From contig JBNKCR010000091.1 of assembly GCA_050287845.1 (NCBI GenBank), positions 1 through 63,391 on the forward strand: 63,391 nt of DNA, written 5' to 3'. Below, one piece after another: positions 58,721 through 63,391 of this stretch. The notes under the pieces are model-generated. The model was not told the DNA's origin and searched no databases. It worked only from the letters and a program-made list of their open reading frames with translations. Source of the DNA: Polyangia bacterium. Its GTDB lineage: Bacteria > Myxococcota_A > Polyangia > JAAYKL01. Position 1 is the stretch's first letter; each line of letters opens with the position of its first letter. The position numbers and the translations under genes were made by a program.

Positions 58721-59167
58721 ATGACGGATACTCTCACAAAAGAGCAGCGCTCGCACACCATGCGCAGCGTCAAAGGAAAAAACACCAAACCAGAATTGAT
58801 GGTGCGTTCCGTTTTGCATCGCCTTGGTTTTCGCTTTCGCCTCAACCGTTCCGACCTGCCAGGCAAACCCGATATCGTTTTACCGAAATTCAAAACCGTC
58901 ATTTTTGTCCATGGCTGCTTCTGGCACCGCCACAAACGCTGCAAACATGCCAGCACACCGGCAAGCAATCAACGGTACTGGCTCCCCAAATTTGAACGCA
59001 CGGTTAAGCGGGATAGGGAGAACGAGCGGAAACTTAGGGCGCAAGGCTGGCTGGTCTGCATATTGTGGGAATGTGAAATCCGAAGGGATGCGGTTATCGC
59101 CGTCACCAATGGGCTCATTGACACTGGGATACTTGAAGAAGACGATCAACTTTACACTGCGCCGTAA
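58721..59167 (+). CDS. vsr: Very-short-patch repair endonuclease
   Basis: RS..M......NTKPE, LPGKPDIV, FVHGCFWH.H, W..K......RD, GW....WECE. Confidence 0.96.
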   Translation: MTDTLTKEQRSHTMRSVKGKNTKPELMVRSVLHRLGFRFRLNRSDLPGKPDIVLPKFKTVIFVHGCFWHRHKRCKHASTPASNQRYWLPKFERTVKRDRENERKLRAQGWLVCILWECEIRRDAVIAVTNGLIDTGILEEDDQLYTAP

Positions 59168-59347
59168 CCCATAACGCCAGCGTGCCCAGCCCACGCACAA
59201 TCCTCCACAACAGATTACAAAAAGAAGCAACAACTTACAGTTGTTCATTTTCTACGGATTCTGTAATATTCTGAAAATGACCTGTGTTATTGGGTTCAAG
59301 GTGCCATTATTTGCCGTCCATACATGCCGCCAACTTTAGGGGGGAAA

Positions 59348-59518
59348 ATGAAAATTGACTTCGTCGAAATTCAAAACTTTCGAAAACTTAAATCATGCCG
59401 GGTAGAGCTTTCAAACGAACAAACGGTTTTCGTCGGAGCAAATAACAGTGGAAAAACATCAGCCATAGATGTTTTAATGTTGTTTCTTAAACAGTCCAGG
59501 CATGGGGACCCTGCGTAA
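59348..59518 (+). pseudogene. 5-prime stub of an OLD/GajA-like ABC ATPase
   Basis: MKI..VEIQNFRKL.....TVFVGANNSGKTS then stop after 56 aa. Confidence 0.8.
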
Positions 59519-59571
59519 ACGACTCGGAGTGATTTCCGGGGGGCCTTGGAAAGCGCTGGCACGGTGGAATA

Positions 59572-59778
59572 AGTTCGTTGCTTGCTAGAACTTTCAATTT
59601 GCAGATGGAGGTGTGCAAGCATTGCGGTGGCAAAATGCGAATGGTCGCAGCCATAACCGACGGCATTTCAATAAAGAAATATCTCGATGGAGTAGGGCTT
59701 CCTTCTGAACCGCCTGTTCCGGAGCCTGCCAGACCGCCGCCTCAAGAGGAATTCGACTATTACTTTGAAGGCGCCTGA
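59572..59778 (+). pseudogene. 3-prime remnant of IS91-family-like transposase
   Basis: LLARTF....VC.HCGG.MR..AAITD...I..YL..VGL..EPP...PAR.PP. Confidence 0.75.
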
Positions 59779-60091
59779 CTTTTTATCAGGCTTTTTTTGA
59801 GCAAAAGAGAACTCAAAATCTGCGCATTGCTGCGCCCTTTGCAAAATATGAAGTGAAATTTTCAAATGACTCGGAATATCAAAAACAATTTCTGATACAT
59901 TTTTCCTGGGATAAATGCTACTTTCCAGGGCATGAACTCAAATGTGAACGAAAAATCAGCAATTATGCTGAATGGACAGTAGAAGCGATATGGCTTTTGT
60001 TTGGGCTATATCTGGACGCGCTGATGGGGCGGTATTTCAGTCGCTTTTACTAACGCGACAGAATCATCGTCAGCGTTATGCATTCGCGAGA

Positions 60092-61897
60092 CTACTTCCC
60101 GACGAAGGTCGTAACGCTCATACCGGGGAGGGTCGCGGTAAATTCTCCACCGTTCACCGATATCGCTGTTTTTGAAACGAGGTTGTCGCTTACCGACGTT
60201 ACCCACGGGGTTAGGAATACCGGCGCTGTTCCGCCGGCAATGGTCATCGGGACGGTTACCGGCGTGTTGCCACGGTTTATGGCAACGATGACCACGGTGC
60301 CGTCCGTCCCTTTGTAAGCTGAGAGAAGGATATTTTCGGGAGTCGTTCCCGTGACATTCACCCGCGTATGGCCCGGTCGAATAAACTTGCTGAAATTGCC
60401 TAACGTATAGAGGCGTTTCGTGATGGTGCCGTCCATGAGGAACAACCCTTCGTTGTCATCGGTCATGGTCGCCTCGATCCACCACCATACCCACGCGTTC
60501 GCTTCACCGACCGTAAGCCCGTTGTGGATCCATCCCGCAACTGCGACGCCATTTTCTATGTGGGCGCTCGGTCCCTCCTCTGGAAACCATTTCACACCGG
60601 ACATTTCAGTCTGCCATATCTCTTTTTCTTTGGGGACGTCGTCCGGCCACGGTTCTGAAACCTGCGTGATGTACATGTGTACCCCTAAAATATCGACTTC
60701 AGCCCACGCCTCCGGGGCCTCGTACAAAACATGGCCATAGTCGTATCCCACACCATTGAGTGAGTCCGGACTTTCAGGAGCTGATTCATTTGACCAAAGG
60801 TGATTCCATTCGGCGACCTCAGCCGCAATGAGCTTCACCGGTGGATTTAATGCGTGCAGCTTCGGTCCAACCACTTCGACGAAAGCCGCCAGCTCCTCGC
60901 TCGTATAGAGCATTGTCGGGTAGTTGCCATTGCAAGGTTTTTCGTAGCCGCACGACGCGAAATCAACCTCGTTCTGCGGCGACATCGCGTACAGATCGAT
61001 GTTCGTATTCTGCTTCACTTTGGCAGGGAATGCGGCAATGGTATTCGCCCAGGACTCGTAACAGTTCTCCCGCAGGTGTCCCCCGTCGTTTACGTCGTTG
61101 TTGGTCTTACATTCTGCCGGTGCGCTCCAGAGTGTTCCGATAAACGTCTCAACACCGCGTTGGCGGGCCATCCGCATATCGGCCCAGATGTTGTCACTCA
61201 ACTGATCGCCGTCCATTCCCATACCGATGCGACAAATGGAGATACCTATCCCCTTGTTCGGATCGAACAATAGGTCAGCCCGTTCATTCGAAAGGGGAGG
61301 CGACCACGTCAAGTTGATGCCAAACCCAGCTATCTCCTGTCGCGTCTGTTCGATCTGAACCGTCACCATATCTCCGGGCTGTGTATCGCTATCCGCGTCG
61401 GTTTCCGCATCAGTGTCTGTATTCCCGGCCGTATCTGTACCCTTAACTTCATCGGTACCAGTGTCCTCATAACGATTGGTATCAGTATCCGCAGTATCCG
61501 GCCCTGTATCGGCGTCGGTATCGGCATCCACGTCGGTATCAGTATCAGCATCCGCGTCGGTATCAGAGTCGGCATCGGTATCAGCATCCGCGTCGGTATC
61601 AGAGTCGGCATCGGTATCAGCATCCGCGTCGGTATCAGAGTCGGCATCGGTATCAGCATCCGCGTCCGTATCCGTATCAGTATCAGCATCCGCGTCGGTA
61701 TCAGAGTCGGCATCAGTATCAGCATCCGCGTCGGTATCCGTATCAGTATCAGCATCCGCGTCGGTATCAGAGTCGGCATCGGCATCTGTATGGCCATCCA
61801 CATCTGACACCTTGTCTTCGCCCGATGCTTTATCAGAACAGCTCCAGCACATTGCGATCAAAATGCCGAAAAAGAATACAATCCAGTAGACTCGCAT
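60092..61897 (-). CDS. GH30 xylanase-like lipoprotein with long DT/DA linker
   Basis: Q.I.GFG, WSAPA..K.N, GG.L, SPQNE (acid/base), IWQTE (nucleophile), [26 protein letters not shown]. Confidence 0.9.
   Translation of the reverse strand: MRVYWIVFFFGILIAMCWSCSDKASGEDKVSDVDGHTDADADSDTDADADTDTDTDADADTDADSDTDADADTDTDTDADADTDADSDTDADADTDADSDTDADADTDADSDTDADADTDTDVDADTDADTGPDTADTDTNRYEDTGTDEVKGTDTAGNTDTDAETDADSDTQPGDMVTVQIEQTRQEIAGFGINLTWSPPLSNERADLLFDPNKGIGISICRIGMGMDGDQLSDNIWADMRMARQRGVETFIGTLWSAPAECKTNNDVNDGGHLRENCYESWANTIAAFPAKVKQNTNIDLYAMSPQNEVDFASCGYEKPCNGNYPTMLYTSEELAAFVEVVGPKLHALNPPVKLIAAEVAEWNHLWSNESAPESPDSLNGVGYDYGHVLYEAPEAWAEVDILGVHMYITQVSEPWPDDVPKEKEIWQTEMSGVKWFPEEGPSAHIENGVAVAGWIHNGLTVGEANAWVWWWIEATMTDDNEGLFLMDGTITKRLYTLGNFSKFIRPGHTRVNVTGTTPENILLSAYKGTDGTVVIVAINRGNTPVTVPMTIAGGTAPVFLTPWVTSVSDNLVSKTAISVNGGEFTATLPGMSVTTFVGK
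61480..61790 (-). repeat. In-frame (D-T/A/S)n repeat including three perfect 36-bp units (61551-61658)
   Basis: Unit TCCGCGTCGGTATCAGAGTCGGCATCGGTATCAGCA at 61551, 61587, 61623. Confidence 0.95.
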
Positions 61898-62302
61898 AAT
61901 AAAAACCTCCTTTTCGAGGACCTATAAACCCAAAGAGCTGTTAGCAGGAAGGACAAGGGCCATTTTGCCCTTAATTTTTGCTCTTTGGGAATGGCAAAAG
62001 CCGATCCCAAAAACCTTTCTCCAGTTACTTTTTTATTCTTTGCAACAATTTTTTATAGCGGCCGATAGGGCCCATGACATTACCACGACTATTTCGAAAG
62101 CTCCTGCACATCATTCATGCGGCTGAATATCAGAATCTCGCCTTTGTTGTTCAATTTCTGCGCCACTGGTAAGGTGGTTGCACCTATCCCAACGCCAATC
62201 TCGTAAAACACGGGAGTGGAATTCTTTTTCATTACAATGTCAAGGCATTCCAGTTTTTTTGCGTCTGGATGAGAGATCGTTTCATATCCACATTGGTGCG
62301 GG

Positions 62303-62448
62303 CTATTTCATATTCAGCGACATTTTTATGAACTGGACCCGATCCCAGTCGGCGGGATTGCTGGATTCGGCCTGACTGAGATTGCCGCGAAAATCGTCGA
62401 GGGTCTCGAATCCCTGCTCGGTCATCCACGCTGTCAGCCTGTCTTTCA
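62303..62448 (-). pseudogene. C-terminal fragment of a dihydroorotate dehydrogenase-like protein
   Basis: L.AWM...GFETLDDFRG.LSQ....NPA...RVQF.K. Confidence 0.65.
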
Positions 62449-62576
62449 TTTCTGGGGAATTTGGGAATTTGGGGACGGATCTCGATTTCTCGGCAAATAG
62501 CCGGTTTTCATTCATCAGCCACATGACAGACTGGTGTAAGGACTGACAAATCAGAGCCTACGCAAAATTCGGGGCG

Positions 62577-62798
62577 GTTCATTTTGAAGCGAGAAAACAA
62601 GTAGTCTTCAAACGCAGACAATGAAGACCGTTTGATTGCAAGGCGGTACTCGCTACGATCATCATTGGCAACAATCAAAAGACCCGACAGCAATCGATTA
62701 AAATCGAAGTTGCCATAAGGGACACCGCAGAAATGGCTGTCTCGGCGTAAGTAGTCCATCCTATCGCAATCGATTTCTCCCGAAACTAAAAATCTCAA
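62577..62798 (-). pseudogene. Internal fragment of an HD-superfamily phosphohydrolase (dNTPase-like)
   Basis: VSGEIDCDRMDYL.RDS.F.GV.YG..D..RLL...EDYL.SR..M; N-terminal HD motif absent. Confidence 0.75.
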
Positions 62799-62896
62799 AA
62801 ATTCTAAAAGGATTCGATTCTGCGTCAGGGAAATACAGGGACGGACGTCAGATGTTCACTTCTTGACAGATGCTGGCGTTCTGCGTATGTTTGACC

Positions 62897-63391
62897 ATGC
62901 CTCGATATGCCAGAATTCACGTAACTGGCGGATTGTTTCACGTCATTTCCCGGTTTCATGATCGGCGGTACTACCTGGACATCGAAGGGGCAAGGGATCG
63001 CTATCTCGAACTGCTCGGCAATGCGGCAGCCTCTCACAACGGACGAATCATCGCCTACTGTCTGATGTCCTCTCATGTTCACCTGTTGTTGCAGTTAAGC
63101 ACCGATCCCATCGGTCTTTTAATGTGAAAGGTGAATGCGCCGTTTGGGGCATGGGTAAATCAGAAACGCGGCGGACTGGGGACGATACTGGCAGATCGTC
63201 CGAAAAGCGTTCTTGTGCACAGTGATACTTACGGGATGGAGCTCATCCGCTACGTTCACAACAATCCGGTTCGTGCGGGAGTCGTGTCACGAGCCTCGGA
63301 AAGCGGATGGTCCAGTCATCGGGCATATTTGGGATTGGTATCGTGTCCGTCCTGGCTGACAACGGAAGCGGTGTTTGGGCCAGACGAGGTG
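62897..63391 (+). pseudogene. RAYT/IS200-like Y1 HUH transposase with in-frame stop; runs off the window
   Basis: MPR.AR, HV.SR, AYCLM..HVHLL, TGA at 63125-63127, then same frame RYVHNNPVRAG, WSSH..Y. Confidence 0.85.

Larger units (their letters stand above)
48097..59518. mobile_element. Integrative element 2 (defence island); right boundary not found
   Basis: Second tyrosine integrase, xis-like, rep with iterons, defence-like cargo; begins directly after the tRNA remnant; no third att copy seen. Confidence 0.7.

Noticed and set aside
39692..59518. Intact prophage or conjugative ICE
   Set aside because: No capsid, terminase, tail, lysis, relaxase or T4SS genes
61551..61658. 36-bp perfect repeats as a CRISPR array
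   Set aside because: Head-to-tail with no spacers, in frame within the GH30 linker, no cas genes
63125..63127. In-frame TGA as selenocysteine or alternative genetic code
   Set aside because: TGA terminates many intact genes here, the position is not a catalytic Cys, and no SECIS is evident

Overview
Bacterial chromosomal window, inferred to be Myxococcota/deltaproteobacterial from a gliding-type giant TPR protein, a Tad/Flp cluster and Asp-rich lipoprotein CAZymes. The host part (1-39.6 kb) holds coaX, a pseudokinase-TPR protein, a GbsR/MarR regulator, four large secreted or lipoproteins (GH43-GH43, CotH, LamG, GH12), rlmD, a reduced dcw cluster (mraZ-rsmH-ftsL-ftsI-murE-murF-mraY-ftsW-murG-ftsQ, with no murD, murC, ftsA or ftsZ), phzF and a partial Tad/Flp pilus operon. 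From 39.6 to about 59.8 kb there is a tandem integration hotspot at tRNA-Arg(CCT). Element 1 (8.4 kb) is a complete satellite/PICI-like element bounded by a 47-bp att duplication. It carries integrase arm sites, int, alpA-like, rep with iterons, a PC4 ssDNA-binding protein, an XRE regulator and cargo (P-loop ATPase, membrane proteins, two covarying hairpin repeats). Element 2 starts right after that attR. Its first 4.5 kb is a five-gene defence-like cassette (Mrr-like nuclease, Abi-like membrane protein, HEXXH metallopeptidase, HTH plus SecB-like chaperone) bracketed by a 22-bp inverted repeat. It continues with a second integrase, xis-like and rep genes with a lambdoid-type origin, a candidate structured RNA, a dcm/GIY-YIG/vsr module and an OLD-like ATPase stub next to an IS91-like remnant. 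The right end has a GH30 lipoprotein, gene fragments and a RAYT-type transposase pseudogene. All family calls come from motif recognition by eye; no database search was run.
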